Part shown: positions 9,675-21,973 of the stretch, in pieces
Layout of the letters: every line of letters begins with the position of its first letter
Position numbering within the stretch: the first letter of the stretch is position 1
Assembly: GCA_963709345.1 (NCBI GenBank)
Contig: CAVPVX010000002.1
Coordinates: 256,001 to 320,000 of the forward strand
DNA length: 64,000 nt
Direction of reading: 5' to 3'
DNA from: an uncultured Actinomycetes bacterium
Lineage (GTDB): Bacteria > Actinomycetota > Thermoleophilia > UBA2241
Notes under the pieces: generated by a model
What the model saw: the letters and a program-made list of their open reading frames with translations, nothing else
Database searches by the model: none
What the model was told of the DNA's origin: nothing
Made by a program: the position numbers and the translations under genes

Positions 9675-10627
9675 GGACGTCTCACGAGGTGCGCCGTGAG
9701 CCACGTGCCGTCGTCGCGCCGCCCGGCCACGCGGTAGCCGGGGAAGGCGGCGACCGCCTCGTCTTCCTGAGCAACCAGGAGGCCGGCCAGCAGGACGTGG
9801 GTGGGTGGCTGCATACCGCGCCCGCCCTCGCCGCGCCAGCGCACGGCCAGCCGCAGGATCGGCCGCAAAGCTATGTTGGCCACCACGACGTCCGCCGCCG
9901 GAAGCAGGTAGCCCGGGTCGGTGGCGTCGCCGACCATGAACGTCGGCGCAAGGCCGTTCCTCGCCGCGTTCCCGGCGGCGGCGTGCACCGCCACCGCGTC
10001 GATGTCGACGCCCCACACCGGAGCGAAGCCGAGACGGAGCGCGGCGAACGAGACGACGCCGGATCCACTGCCGAGGTCGAGGAGCGACCCGAGGGGGATC
10101 GACTGGATCTCCTCGAGGCACTGCCGCGTACTCGCGTGCCCGCCGGTGCCGAAGGCGAGTCCGACCTCGACGACGACGTCGAGCAGGTCGTCGCGGGGCG
10201 GGTACCAGGGCGGGCGCACGTAGAGCCGCCCGATCTCGCGCGGGGTGTGGAAGCGGCGCCAGGCATCCTCCCAGCCAGGGGTCTGGCGGGACACCTCGAG
10301 GCGACCACGGGCGCCGATCCCCGACAGCTTCTCCGCGACTCCGGGCTCGGCCTCGGCGCCGTCCTCGAGCCAGAACACCAGCGTGTCGCCGCCGTCCTCC
10401 TCCTGCCAGCCGGCCGGCTGGAGCGCGACGATCGCCCCGACCGCCTCCGGGTGACGGTACTCGAGGACGGCCTCGGGCCGCGTTCTGGTCGCCGCGTCGC
10501 CCGACCAATCGTCGTCCGGATCCGCGCCGACCGCCGTGGACGCCGCCGGAACAGGGGCGGCCGACGGCCGCGCTCCCACCGGCGGCTCCAGACGAAGCGC
10601 GTACCGCGTGTACTGCGCCCGCCTCAC
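9671..10627 (-). CDS. prmA: Ribosomal protein L11 methyltransferase
   Basis: Motifs WEDAW, AFGTGGHASTR, LDLGSGSG and VVANI. Confidence 0.9.
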   Translation of the reverse strand: MRRAQYTRYALRLEPPVGARPSAAPVPAASTAVGADPDDDWSGDAATRTRPEAVLEYRHPEAVGAIVALQPAGWQEEDGGDTLVFWLEDGAEAEPGVAEKLSGIGARGRLEVSRQTPGWEDAWRRFHTPREIGRLYVRPPWYPPRDDLLDVVVEVGLAFGTGGHASTRQCLEEIQSIPLGSLLDLGSGSGVVSFAALRLGFAPVWGVDIDAVAVHAAAGNAARNGLAPTFMVGDATDPGYLLPAADVVVANIALRPILRLAVRWRGEGGRGMQPPTHVLLAGLLVAQEDEAVAAFPGYRVAGRRDDGTWLTAHLVRRP

Positions 10628-11772
10628 GAGCGAAAGGCGGCGCGGACCTTGTCGATGAAGCTCTGGTCGGGCTCGTACGTCGTCTCACCGCTGAGCTCCG
10701 CGAACCGGTCGAGAAGGTCGCGTTGCTCGTCGGTCAAGCGGCGCGGGACGAGCACGTTCACCACGATCTTGAGGTCGCCGCGGCCGTGACCCTGGAGCAC
10801 CGGAACACCGCGGCTGCGATACGTCTTCACCTCGCCGGGCTGCGTACCAGGCGGCAGCGCCAATTCGATGTCGCCATCCAGCGCAGGAACACAGGTCGTC
10901 ATGCCGAGCGCCGCCTCTACCATCGTGACATCGAGCTTGAAGATGAGGTCGTCGCCGTCGCGCATGAAGTGCTCGTGGGGAGCGACGCCGATGGAGACGT
11001 ACAGGTCGCCGGGCCTGCCGCTCCGGGAGCCGGCGCCCCCCTCCCCGGCAAGCCGCAGACGCTGGCCGTCGGCGATGCCGGCAGGGACTTCGACCGACAC
11101 CGTACGCGTGCCGCGGATGCGGCACGTGCCGAGGCACGTCGCGCACGGCTCCTTGACGATGCTGCCCTGCCCGTGACACACGGTGCAGGTGCTCGTGCGG
11201 ATGAACTGGCCGAAGCCGCCCAGGCTCGACACTTCGCGCATGCGGCCGCTGCCGCGGCACTGCGGGCACGCCTCGCGATCGGTCCCCGCGCGCGCGCCGC
11301 TGCCGCCGCAGGTCTCGCAGGTGGCGTCGGCGGTGACTTCCACATCCCTGGTCACGCCGAAGACCGCCTCGGCGAACTCCAGGTCGAGCCGCGCCTCCAC
11401 GTCGTCGCCGCGCGGCGCGGGCGCTCCGCCGCTCGCCGCGCCCCACATCCCCCCCGCGTCGCGCAGGACGGAGTCGAACATGCCGCCGCCGAAGAAGACG
11501 TTGAAGAGGTCGTTGAAGCCGACGTGCTCGAAGTCCGTCATCTGGCGACCGCGCAGACCGTCGAAGCCGTAGCGGTCGTAGGCGGCGCGTGTGTCGGCGT
11601 CGCTCAGCACCTCATACGCCTCCGCCGCTTCCTTGAACTGCGCCTCGCAGTCGGGGTCGCCGGAGTTGACGTCGGGGTGGCATTCCCTCGCCAGCTTGCG
11701 GAAGGCCGTCTTGATCTCGCCGGCGTCGGCGTCACGCCGCACGCCGAGCACGTCGTAGTAGTCACGCTTCAC
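10624..11772 (-). CDS. dnaJ: Chaperone DnaJ
   Basis: J domain with HPD, a G/F region and four CxxCxGxG repeats (the last degenerate). Confidence 0.96.
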   Translation of the reverse strand: MKRDYYDVLGVRRDADAGEIKTAFRKLARECHPDVNSGDPDCEAQFKEAAEAYEVLSDADTRAAYDRYGFDGLRGRQMTDFEHVGFNDLFNVFFGGGMFDSVLRDAGGMWGAASGGAPAPRGDDVEARLDLEFAEAVFGVTRDVEVTADATCETCGGSGARAGTDREACPQCRGSGRMREVSSLGGFGQFIRTSTCTVCHGQGSIVKEPCATCLGTCRIRGTRTVSVEVPAGIADGQRLRLAGEGGAGSRSGRPGDLYVSIGVAPHEHFMRDGDDLIFKLDVTMVEAALGMTTCVPALDGDIELALPPGTQPGEVKTYRSRGVPVLQGHGRGDLKIVVNVLVPRRLTDEQRDLLDRFAELSGETTYEPDQSFIDKVRAAFRS

Positions 11773-11794
11773 AGGTCGCCCCAGTCGGGAGTGG

Positions 11795-12814
11795 TCACCA
11801 GATATCTTCCAGATAGGCGCTCAGGCCGTCGGCGGTCGCCCGCACGGTGGCGATGACGCGCTGGTAGTCCATGCGCGTGGGTCCGAGCACGCTCACAGTG
11901 CCGAGGTTGCGATTCGCGACCCCGTAGTTGGCCGCCACGAGCGAGCAGGCCCGGAGCGACGGCGGCGCCATCTCGTGACCGATGCGCAAGTACACCCCGT
12001 CCTCGCGCATCGCACCGGCCAGCAGCTCCAGAAGATTGTAGCGTTGTTCGAGCATCTCGAGCACCTCGTTCAGATGCCCCGTGCCCTCCCGCGTCAGGTT
12101 GTCGAGCAGGCGCGACGCCCCGCCGAGGTGCAGACCCTCCACATCGCCGACGCTCGGCGCTTCGAACGCAGGTCGCAGGCTCTCCAGGAAGGCGCGCTCC
12201 TTGGGCCGCAGATCGAGGCTCTCGAACACGGCGGCGACGTGCCTCGTCCCCAGCTGCGCACCGATGAGGCGCTCGTTGAGGTAGACGCGCGCGAACTCGG
12301 CCAGACCCTCGTCGACGGCGCCGGCGAAGTCGAAGATGCGCTTGGTCACCTGACCGGACGTCGTGATGAGCACGACCATGACCAAATGCGGCTGAAGCGC
12401 GAGGACCTCGATGTGGCGGAGGGAGGAGGTCGTCACGGCGGGAGCGGAGACCACGGCCATGAGCTCCGTGACGCGCGACAGCGCTTCGGCGGTCTCGCGC
12501 AGGGCGTCGTCGATCTCGCTGCGGGCGCGGTCACGCACCAGCGAAAGGGCCGGCGCGGCCTCACGCCGCTCGCCGACGACCACGTCGACGTAGTGCCGGT
12601 AGCCGGTGTCGGTGGGGACGCGACCCGCCGACGTGTGCGGATGCGCAAGCATGCCGATGTCTTCGAGGTCGGCGAGGTCGTTGCGGATGGTCGACGCGGC
12701 GACCCCGAGACCGAAGTGCTCACTGAGATGCTTGGAGCCCACGGGCGCGCCCGAGGCGATGTACTCCTCTATGACGGTCCTGAGGACCCGTTCCTGCCGT
12801 GCCGTGAGCGGCAA
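11795..12814 (-). CDS. hrcA: Heat-inducible transcription repressor HrcA
   Basis: Motifs PVGSK, STIRNDLADLE, PHTSAGRVPT and GPTRMDY. Confidence 0.96.
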   Translation of the reverse strand: MPLTARQERVLRTVIEEYIASGAPVGSKHLSEHFGLGVAASTIRNDLADLEDIGMLAHPHTSAGRVPTDTGYRHYVDVVVGERREAAPALSLVRDRARSEIDDALRETAEALSRVTELMAVVSAPAVTTSSLRHIEVLALQPHLVMVVLITTSGQVTKRIFDFAGAVDEGLAEFARVYLNERLIGAQLGTRHVAAVFESLDLRPKERAFLESLRPAFEAPSVGDVEGLHLGGASRLLDNLTREGTGHLNEVLEMLEQRYNLLELLAGAMREDGVYLRIGHEMAPPSLRACSLVAANYGVANRNLGTVSVLGPTRMDYQRVIATVRATADGLSAYLEDIW

Positions 12815-12815
12815 C

Positions 12816-14069
12816 CTACCCCCTTAAATGCGGAGAGCGAAACAGGCGCACGCACACCTCGTTGGCCACGTGCCTCCCCTTTCGCGTCACGCGGATTGTA
12901 CCACTGTGCAGGGAAACCAATCCAGCCGCGATCAGAGGGGCCGCCGCGTCGTGATCGACGGCGACGTCGATCTCGGCGAGCGACACCCGCTCGCCGCTGC
13001 GTGCCGCAAGCAGCAGGCGTTCGCGAGCGCGCGTGGCCGCGTCGAGGCGCTCCACCTCACGCGGCGGGGGCGCGCCCGCCGCCAGCGTCGCCGCCCACGC
13101 CTCCGGCTCGGGGGCGTTCGTCCAGCGTCTCGCGCCCACAGTACTGACGGCGCCCGGCCCCAGACCGAGATACGGGCGGGCGCGCCAGTACGCCAGGTTG
13201 TGGCGCGCCTTGCGGCCGGGCAGCGCGAAGTTGCTGACCTCGTACCAGTCGTACCCGGCGCGCGAAAGCGACCTCACGACAAGCTCGTAGCGGTCGGCGG
13301 CGGCGTCCGTGCCTCCGTCTTCCGACTCCCTCATGCGCGCCGCGAGCGGGGTGCCCGGCGCGACCGTGAGCTCGTACCAGGAGACGTGATCCGGGCGCAA
13401 CGAGAGGACCGCGGCGATATCCGCCTCGACATCGTCTGGCGTCTGGCCCGGGATGCCGTGGATGAGGTCGATGCTCAGGTTCGCGACGCCGGCGTCGCGC
13501 AGGCGGCCGAACGCCTCGGCCGGATCAGCCTGCGTGCGCCGGCCCAGCGCCGCCCGCAGCTCAGGCGCGAAGCTCTGGGCCCCGAGTGACACGCGCACGC
13601 CACAAGCCGCGTCGCGCCCGCGGGCGAGGGGCGCGGCAGCCACCCACGCGGCGAAATCGACGTCGACGTCCTCTGGGTTCGCCTCGACGGTGACCTCGGC
13701 GCGAGGCGTCAGGCAGGGTCGGAAGAGCTCGAGCAGACGCTCGAGCCGGTGCGGCCCCAGCAGGCTCGGCGTCCCGCCGCCGAGGTAGAGCGTGTGGAGA
13801 CGGCGCACGTCGTATGCCGCCCGCTCGCGCTCCCACTCGGCGGCCACGCCGTCCACGAACGTGTCGAGGCGGCGGGCGGCCTCCGCCCCCGCCCGCCCGG
13901 ACCCGGCCGGCTGCATCCCGGCCGCGTTCATCGGCACGGAGGCGAAGTCGCAGTAGTCGCACTTCGCCCGGCAGAAGGGCACGTGGAGGTAGACGTGACG
14001 GACAGGGCCGGCGAACGCCGCGGGCACGCCGGCGCCGGCCGGCTCCGCGGCGCCGGGGGAGCCGCTCAC
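12816..14069 (-). CDS. hemW: Radical SAM heme chaperone HemW
   Basis: Motifs YLHVPFCRAKCDYCDF, GGGTPS, YEVSNFA and the HemW-type HNLAYW. lepA-hemW-hrcA synteny. Confidence 0.92.
   Translation of the reverse strand: MSGSPGAAEPAGAGVPAAFAGPVRHVYLHVPFCRAKCDYCDFASVPMNAAGMQPAGSGRAGAEAARRLDTFVDGVAAEWERERAAYDVRRLHTLYLGGGTPSLLGPHRLERLLELFRPCLTPRAEVTVEANPEDVDVDFAAWVAAAPLARGRDAACGVRVSLGAQSFAPELRAALGRRTQADPAEAFGRLRDAGVANLSIDLIHGIPGQTPDDVEADIAAVLSLRPDHVSWYELTVAPGTPLAARMRESEDGGTDAAADRYELVVRSLSRAGYDWYEVSNFALPGRKARHNLAYWRARPYLGLGPGAVSTVGARRWTNAPEPEAWAATLAAGAPPPREVERLDAATRARERLLLAARSGERVSLAEIDVAVDHDAAAPLIAAGLVSLHSGTIRVTRKGRHVANEVCVRLFRSPHLRG
12895..12903 (-). promoter_or_regulatory. Internal extended -10 (TGgTACAAT) inside the hemW 3' end, probably the hrcA promoter
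   Basis: Near-consensus TGn-TACAAT about 80 nt upstream of hrcA. Confidence 0.5.
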
Positions 14070-14697
14070 GAGGTCGGCACCCAGAAGTAGAGCGCGCCGT
14101 CTCTCTCTTCGTCGAGCACGCCGCCGTTCTTCTCGATCGCCCGCCGGGAGGCGGCGTTGCCCGCATCGCAGTCGACCCGCGCCGGGTCGACGCCGAGGAC
14201 GGCGGCGAGCGGCAGCGCCGCGGCCAGCATGGCCGCGGCATGGCCTCGCCGGCGCGCCCGCGGCCGCACCTCGAAGCCGATGTTGCCGCCTTCCTGCAAG
14301 AGGTGGGGCGTCAGACGGTGACGGATCGCCAGCCGGCCGAGGTACTCGCAGCCGGCGACCCACCAGAGTACGGTCTGCGGCACGTAGCCGTCCGGCCATG
14401 ACTCGGATGGCGTGCCCTGCAGGGCGGCGACGTAGCGCACGGACTCGCCCGGCGAGCGTATGTCGGCACCGAGCGCCGCGACGTAGCGCGCGAACTCGGT
14501 GGGGTCCGCGAGCCTCAACTCCCCCAGTTCCACGTGCCGGCCCTCGGCGTGATACTCGCGCAGCGCCGCGAGGAACGAGACGTGGAAGACGGTGGAGGGC
14601 GCCTCGAAGTGCGGCTCAGCGGCCAGGCGGGCGACCAGCTGCGTGACGTCGGAGGCCGGCGCCGCAGGCTCGTCCGGCTCGCCCGAGCCGTCGCGCA

Positions 14698-14698
<1 letters not shown>
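14066..14698 (-). CDS. GNAT-family N-acetyltransferase
   Basis: Motifs LGRLAIRHRL, GGNIGFEVRPRARRRGHA and NAASRRAIEKNGG. Coupled to lepA and hemW. Confidence 0.88.
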
Positions 14699-16515
<1,817 letters not shown>

Positions 16516-16580
16516 GACCGCTAATGATACAGGCTCCGGGCGCGGCGGTCGCCCGGCGGCGGAGCGCTCGCGGCGCGGCG

Positions 16581-18164
16581 TCAGTCGACCGGCGGCGGCG
16601 CGGCCGGCCGGGAGCGGCGACGCACGATCTGGCGCACCACCGAGAGCTCTTCGAGCCGCAGGAGCCTGGCGAGCCCGAGATATGCGGCGGCGCCGGCCAA
16701 GACGGCGAGCGCGATCGCCGCGACGAGCCTGCCGAACCCACCGGCGGCGTAATCCTCGAGCGCCCACCAGACGCCGTACGAGACGGCCGCAAGCGCCGCG
16801 GCGCAGAGCAGGGCTCCGCCCGCTGCGCCGGCCATCTTGCGGCCGTCGATCCGCCCGACGTCGCGGCGCAGCAGAACGAAAAGGGCGACGAAGTTGACCG
16901 CCGACACAGTCGCCATGCTCAGGGTGATCCCCTGCACGCCGAGCGGCTTGTAGAGCAGCCAGCACAGCAGCGCGTTGATCGCCAGGTTGCCGAAGCTCAC
17001 GTACATCGGCAACCACGGCTTCTGCATGCTCTGGAAAGCGCGGTTCAGCATGATGTTGGAGTTGGCGAACACGAGGCCGACCGAGAACATGGCGAGCGCC
17101 GCGGCGACCTCCACCGTCGCCTGGGAGTCGAACTGACCACGCTCGTACACCATCCGCACGAAGGCTTGCGGCATCACCGCGAACCAGGCGACGAACGGCA
17201 GCGAGACGAAGACCATCTGCCGCACGCCGAGCGAGACCGTGTCACGGAATCGGACCTCGTCATGCTGTGCTGCGTAGCGCGACAGCGACGGGAACAGCAC
17301 CGTCCCGATGGTCACCGCGAAGATGCCCTGCGGGAGCTGGTAGAGGCGGAAGGCGTAGCCGATCTCCGCCGCGGCGCGATCGCTCACGAACTGCGCGAAC
17401 CAGGTGCCGATGAGGGCGTTGAAGTTGAGCACCCCGAGCGTGATCGTGATCGGGACCATGAGGAGCAAGACGCGGCGCAGCAAGGGATCGCCCAGCCCGA
17501 ACCGTGGCCACAGCCAGCGACCGCGATAGCGTGCGGCGCCGGCGAGGAGCACGACCTCCAGCACCGTCCCCACCAGCATGCCCCAGGCGATGGCGCTCAC
17601 CCCGAGCGACTCCTGGAACAACGCGATCGCGGCGATGATGGTGAGGTTCCAGACGATGGAGACGACGGCCGGCATCGTGAAGCGCTCGAACGAGTAGAGC
17701 ACGCCGCTGATCGCTCCCGCGAGGGAGAGGAACAGGATCGTGGGCACCAGGATGCGCAGAAGCTGCGCCGCGAGAGTCGCGTCGGCCGCCGTGGTGGTCA
17801 GTTCGGGGTAGACGAGTTCGGTCAGCGGGCCGGCGGCGAGCGCGAGCAGAGCCACCGCCACACCGACCACGACGACGATCAGCCCGAGCAGGTTGGCGGC
17901 AAGGCGATAGGCGCGCTCGCGGTCGCCCTTGGCCAGCAGCGAGGTGAAGACCGGCACGAACGCGGCGCTGATGGCCGCGTCGGCGAACAGCTGCTGCACG
18001 AGCTGCGGGATCACCGACACCGAGACGAAGATGTTGTAGCTCGGGTCGACTCCGTAGATCGCCGCGGTGATGACCTCGCGGCCCAGGCCGGTGAGACGGG
18101 AGATGGCTGTCGCCGCGGCGACGATGACCGCCGCGAGGGCGAGCTTGCGCTTGTGGTCGCTCAT
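16581..18164 (-). CDS. murJ: Lipid II flippase MurJ
   Basis: Motifs [15 protein letters not shown] and [13 protein letters not shown], about 14 TMs. Upstream TGcTAGACT at 18217-18225. Confidence 0.94.
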   Translation of the reverse strand: MSDHKRKLALAAVIVAAATAISRLTGLGREVITAAIYGVDPSYNIFVSVSVIPQLVQQLFADAAISAAFVPVFTSLLAKGDRERAYRLAANLLGLIVVVVGVAVALLALAAGPLTELVYPELTTTAADATLAAQLLRILVPTILFLSLAGAISGVLYSFERFTMPAVVSIVWNLTIIAAIALFQESLGVSAIAWGMLVGTVLEVVLLAGAARYRGRWLWPRFGLGDPLLRRVLLLMVPITITLGVLNFNALIGTWFAQFVSDRAAAEIGYAFRLYQLPQGIFAVTIGTVLFPSLSRYAAQHDEVRFRDTVSLGVRQMVFVSLPFVAWFAVMPQAFVRMVYERGQFDSQATVEVAAALAMFSVGLVFANSNIMLNRAFQSMQKPWLPMYVSFGNLAINALLCWLLYKPLGVQGITLSMATVSAVNFVALFVLLRRDVGRIDGRKMAGAAGGALLCAAALAAVSYGVWWALEDYAAGGFGRLVAAIALAVLAGAAAYLGLARLLRLEELSVVRQIVRRRSRPAAPPPVD

Positions 18165-18286
18165 GAGTCCCTTGATTCGACCGCCGGGGGGCGCTTCTCC
18201 TGCCCGGCCGGCGCCGAGTCTAGCAGAGGGCGGCCTCGCCTCCCCGGCCGGCCGCCCTTACGCGGGTACGTCTGCGCCGGCCGGGC

Positions 18287-19465
18287 CTACTGAGCCCCAG
18301 GCGCCAGCCCGACCTTGCGTTTCAGCTCGAGCACCCGGAGCACCTTCGCCTCGGCCTCCGCCCTTGGGATTCGCCCGGACTTCATGGCCGCCGTCACGGC
18401 GTCGATGACCGGCCTCGGGTCTCCCGTGGCGAACAGCGCGAGGTCGGCGCCGGCCCTCAGCGCGCGCACGGCCGCGGCCGGCAACTTGAGGCCCACGGCC
18501 TTGGTCGTCGCGGCCATGGACAGCGAGTCGGTGATGATGACGGTCTCGTCGCCGGTTCGTTCGCGCAGGTACGCCAGGGCGCTGCGCGAGAGGCTCGCCG
18601 GAGTCTCATCCCCCGTGAGCCCCTTACTGCGCAGGTGACCCACCATCACCAGCGGCACACCGGCGTCGATCGCCAACTCGAAGGGCACCATGTCCTCGCG
18701 CCGCAGCAGAGAGAGCGAGGGGACGCGCGCGGCGCCGCTGTGCGTGTCGGTCGCCCAGCCGTGGCCGGGCCAGTGCTTGACGGTCGCGAGCACGCGGGAG
18801 GCCCGCAGGCCCGTCACCCAGGCGACGACGTGGCTTCCGACCACCTCGGGTCTGGCGGAGAAGCAGCGGTCGAGTGAGCTCATGTAGCGGCCGGGGACGT
18901 CCAGGTCGGCGACCGGCCCGAACACGACCGAGACGCGCAGCTTGCGCAGCCGGGCGCCGTACTCCTCGGCCGTCGCCCTGGTCTTCGCCGCGCTCCAGCC
19001 GCCCTGGACGCGAGCGGACGGCAGCGGATAGACCACGTCGCGCAGCCGCTGCACCTGCCCGCCCTCCTCGTCGCTGGCGATGAAGGGTTTGACGCCGTGG
19101 GGCGCGGCCTTGAGCACGGCTGCGAGGTCCCTGCCGATGCTGCTGCGCGCCCCGCCGCCGAGAACGACGATGCCGCCGATGCCCATCTTGGCGAACCTGC
19201 GACCGGTGAGCGGATCCGTCGCCGGCACGCTGCAGAAGACGAGCTGGGCGGCGAGCCGGCGGGCCGACCAGCCGGCGAGCTCCGAAGGCGCCGGCGGGCT
19301 CGGCGAGGTGGTCGGCGCAGGTGAAGAGACGACGGTCGTCGCTGCGGCGGCGCTCTCGTCGGCCGCCTCCGTCGCTCCCTGCGACGCGCAGCCGAGCGCG
19401 CCGGCCGCCACCGTCGCAACAGCCGTGAGCAGCAGCAGAATGGGGATGCCGCAGAGTCGTCTCAT
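18287..19465 (-). CDS. GH3 beta-N-acetylhexosaminidase (NagZ-like), probable lipoprotein
   Basis: Motifs DEEGGQVQRL, KHWPGHG..TDTH and ITDSLSM. Signal peptide with a lipobox-like ALGC. Confidence 0.88.
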   Translation of the reverse strand: MRRLCGIPILLLLTAVATVAAGALGCASQGATEAADESAAAATTVVSSPAPTTSPSPPAPSELAGWSARRLAAQLVFCSVPATDPLTGRRFAKMGIGGIVVLGGGARSSIGRDLAAVLKAAPHGVKPFIASDEEGGQVQRLRDVVYPLPSARVQGGWSAAKTRATAEEYGARLRKLRVSVVFGPVADLDVPGRYMSSLDRCFSARPEVVGSHVVAWVTGLRASRVLATVKHWPGHGWATDTHSGAARVPSLSLLRREDMVPFELAIDAGVPLVMVGHLRSKGLTGDETPASLSRSALAYLRERTGDETVIITDSLSMAATTKAVGLKLPAAAVRALRAGADLALFATGDPRPVIDAVTAAMKSGRIPRAEAEAKVLRVLELKRKVGLAPGAQ

Positions 19466-19492
19466 GCCGGCCGACGGTACCACCGGGTGCGC

Positions 19493-20446
19493 TCAGGAGC
19501 CAGCACCGCTCCCCCGTGCCACGGTCACGGCCACTCCCCCCCGTTTGTGTCCCTGCCCGACGTACCGGTGAGCCTCTGCCATCTCCTCCAGGGGATAGCA
19601 CCTGTCCACGACCGGCCTGATGTGACCGGCCTCGACCAGTTCCTTCATCGCCGCCAGTCTCCCCGAGTCCAGCTTGAGCGCGCCGTCGTCGATCGAGACG
19701 TACCCGTGCTTGCCGGGGACGCTCGCCCGGCAGGACTCCTTCAGTCTCGACGTCTTGGCCTCGCCGACCGCATCGAGTACGAAGTCGTACCTGTCGCCCG
19801 GCTCGAGCGCGTCGACCCTTGTGTAGTCGATGACGGTGTCCGCGCCCAGCGACCTCACCAGCTCCAGATTGGCCGTACTGCACACCCCGGTGACCTCGGC
19901 ACCGAGATGCTTGGCCCACTGCACCGCCGTCGTCCCCGACGTGCTCGATGCCCCGTAGACCAGCACTCTCTGGCCGCGCCGGATGTCGCCCCTCCCCATG
20001 TACTGCAGCGCCAGGAGCCCACCGTAGGCCGCCACGGTCGCTTCCTCGTACGAGAGGTTCGCCGGCTTCAGCGCCAGACACCCGTGTTTCGAGTCCGTCT
20101 CCTTCATGCACTTGTACTCGGCGTAGGCGCCGAGTCCGAAGCCGGTGAGGCCGTAGACCTGGTCGCCGGGCTCGAATCGCGTCGTGTTCCGGCCGACCGA
20201 GGTGATCTCGCCGGCCACGACCAGGCCGATGATCGGCTTGCGCGGTCTCGTGACGCCAAGCATCAGGCGCATGGGGATGCGCACCCGCAGCGGTATGTCA
20301 GAGCTGCGGATGAAGATGTCGCTGGCCGTCACGGCCGTGGCCATGACTCGTATGCATACCTCGTCGTCTTTGGGTCTGGGCCGTTCCACCTCTCGCAACT
20401 CGAGGACATCCGGTCCTCCGTATCTGGGACACACGATCGCTCTCAT
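19493..20446 (-). CDS. NAD(P)-dependent medium-chain dehydrogenase/reductase (quinone oxidoreductase-like)
   Basis: Motifs YGGPDVL, GAYAEY, VLVYGAS, LGADTVIDY and VDRCYPL. Confidence 0.9.
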   Translation of the reverse strand: MRAIVCPRYGGPDVLELREVERPRPKDDEVCIRVMATAVTASDIFIRSSDIPLRVRIPMRLMLGVTRPRKPIIGLVVAGEITSVGRNTTRFEPGDQVYGLTGFGLGAYAEYKCMKETDSKHGCLALKPANLSYEEATVAAYGGLLALQYMGRGDIRRGQRVLVYGASSTSGTTAVQWAKHLGAEVTGVCSTANLELVRSLGADTVIDYTRVDALEPGDRYDFVLDAVGEAKTSRLKESCRASVPGKHGYVSIDDGALKLDSGRLAAMKELVEAGHIRPVVDRCYPLEEMAEAHRYVGQGHKRGGVAVTVARGSGAGS

Positions 20447-20625
20447 AGCGTTCCTCCAAGTCTGCCCATGAGGCGAGTCTACCGGGAGAGGCGCGGGCGG
20501 GAACCTCCCGATGGAGGTGGATGCGGTCGTCCATTTGAGGGATTTCGGGAGCGCGCGCTCCCTCCCTGGAGGTAGACCCGGGGCGTCGGTCCGGACTTCG
20601 GCGAGCCCATGCCCGCCGCCGTGGT

Positions 20626-20654
20626 TTGACCCGACTCCCCGCTCCCCCTAGCCT
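20626..20654 (+). promoter_or_regulatory. Sigma70-type promoter TTGACC-N17-TAGCCT for the GH18-degV genes
   Basis: Near-consensus -35 and -10 hexamers with 17-nt spacing. Confidence 0.6.
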
Positions 20655-20727
20655 CGGGGGCGGCAGGGTCGATCGTCGCGAACGCTTCGGTCGGCCGCAA
20701 CGCCCGCGCGGCAGGCAGGGACGTGAA

Positions 20728-21927
20728 GTGAACGGCGCTTCACAGACGAGCGGCAGGCACGACGGCGGCGAATCGCCTCGAGGATCAGAGCCGGGGCGCC
20801 CGCCTCGCGAAGAGCGGCGGGCGCGCCTGCGCCGACAGCGGCTCCTCGTGTTGGCAGCCGCGACCGGCGTCCTGGTCGTCGTGCTCGTCCTGCTGTTCAC
20901 CGTGGGACCGTTCGGCTCGCACCTGGACCGCCCCGGCGACCCGCCCCTCGGCTACCTGCGCGAGCCTCTCGGCGGCCGCCAGTACAGGGTCACCGCCTGG
21001 ACCCTCGGCGACGCCGCCTCGCTCAAGGCCGCGGCCGCGGCGGGCGCCGTCGACGAGGTCGACTTCGACTGGTACCACACGCAGGCTGACGGCAGCGTGA
21101 CCGCCGAGAGCGAGGATCCCGACCTGGTCGCAGCCGCCCGTGGCTACGACCTCAACCTGTTCGCCACGGTGACCAACTCGACCAGCTCCGGTGAGGCGTT
21201 CAGCCGGGATCTCGCGGCGGCGGTGCTGGCTTCGCCCGACCGCCGCCGCCGCTTCATCGACGATCTGCTCACCCTGGTCAGGGACATGGGCTACGACGGC
21301 GTCGACCTCGACTGGGAGGAGCTGCGGCCGGCCGACCGCGACCGCTTCTCAGAGCTCGTCGAGGAGCTCGCCGCCGCCCTGCACGCCGAGGAGCGCTTTC
21401 TCTCCATCGCCGTGATGCCCAAGACGTCCGAGCCCGGCGAGTGGGACAACCAGAAGTACGCCGACTGGAGCCGCATCGGCAAGGCCGTGGACGAGTTCAA
21501 GATCATGACCTACAGCTACAGCGGCCCGTGGGGCGACCCGGGTCCGCAGGCGCCGCTGGAGTGGGTCGACCGCGTGCTGACCTTCGCCGAGCGCAAGGTG
21601 CCGCCGGGCAAGATCTTCATGGGCGTACCGTTCTACGGGTTCGACTGGCACGGCGGCTCGGTCGCCACCGTCTCGGGGCACCGCGGCGCAGCGCTGGCCG
21701 AGACCTACGACGCCACCGTAAGCCGTGACCCCTCCTCACACGAGGCCACGATGACCTTCACCGACGGCGGCGAGACGCACACCGTGTACTTCCAGGACGA
21801 GAAGGCCGTCGCCGCCAAGCTCGCGGCGCTGCGCGCCGACCACCCCGACATCGCCGGCATCAGCCTCTGGGTGATGGGCCAGGAGGCCTCCGGCTTCTGG
21901 CCGCTCATCACACGCAAGCTGCGCTGA
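20728..21927 (+). CDS. Membrane-anchored GH18 glycoside hydrolase (YaaH/YdhD-like)
   Basis: Catalytic DGVDLDWE (DxxDxDxE), IMTY, PGPQAP and GVPFYGFDW. N-terminal TM. Start uncertain. Confidence 0.88.
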   Translation: MNGASQTSGRHDGGESPRGSEPGRPPREERRARLRRQRLLVLAAATGVLVVVLVLLFTVGPFGSHLDRPGDPPLGYLREPLGGRQYRVTAWTLGDAASLKAAAAAGAVDEVDFDWYHTQADGSVTAESEDPDLVAAARGYDLNLFATVTNSTSSGEAFSRDLAAAVLASPDRRRRFIDDLLTLVRDMGYDGVDLDWEELRPADRDRFSELVEELAAALHAEERFLSIAVMPKTSEPGEWDNQKYADWSRIGKAVDEFKIMTYSYSGPWGDPGPQAPLEWVDRVLTFAERKVPPGKIFMGVPFYGFDWHGGSVATVSGHRGAALAETYDATVSRDPSSHEATMTFTDGGETHTVYFQDEKAVAAKLAALRADHPDIAGISLWVMGQEASGFWPLITRKLR

Positions 21928-21973
21928 GCGTCACCGGGCTCTCGGACGGGGACAACATGCGTGGAGGGATGAG

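Noticed and set aside
12815-12910. CIRCE or HAIR heat-shock operator upstream of hrcA
   Set aside because: No TTAGCACTC-N9-GAGTGCTAA or CTTGAGT-N7-ACTCAAG match seen.
20447-20625. Possible RNA or repeat element between the dehydrogenase and GH18 genes (GGGAGCGCGCGCTCCC palindrome)
   Set aside because: Only a short GC palindrome, with no extended structure or second copy found.
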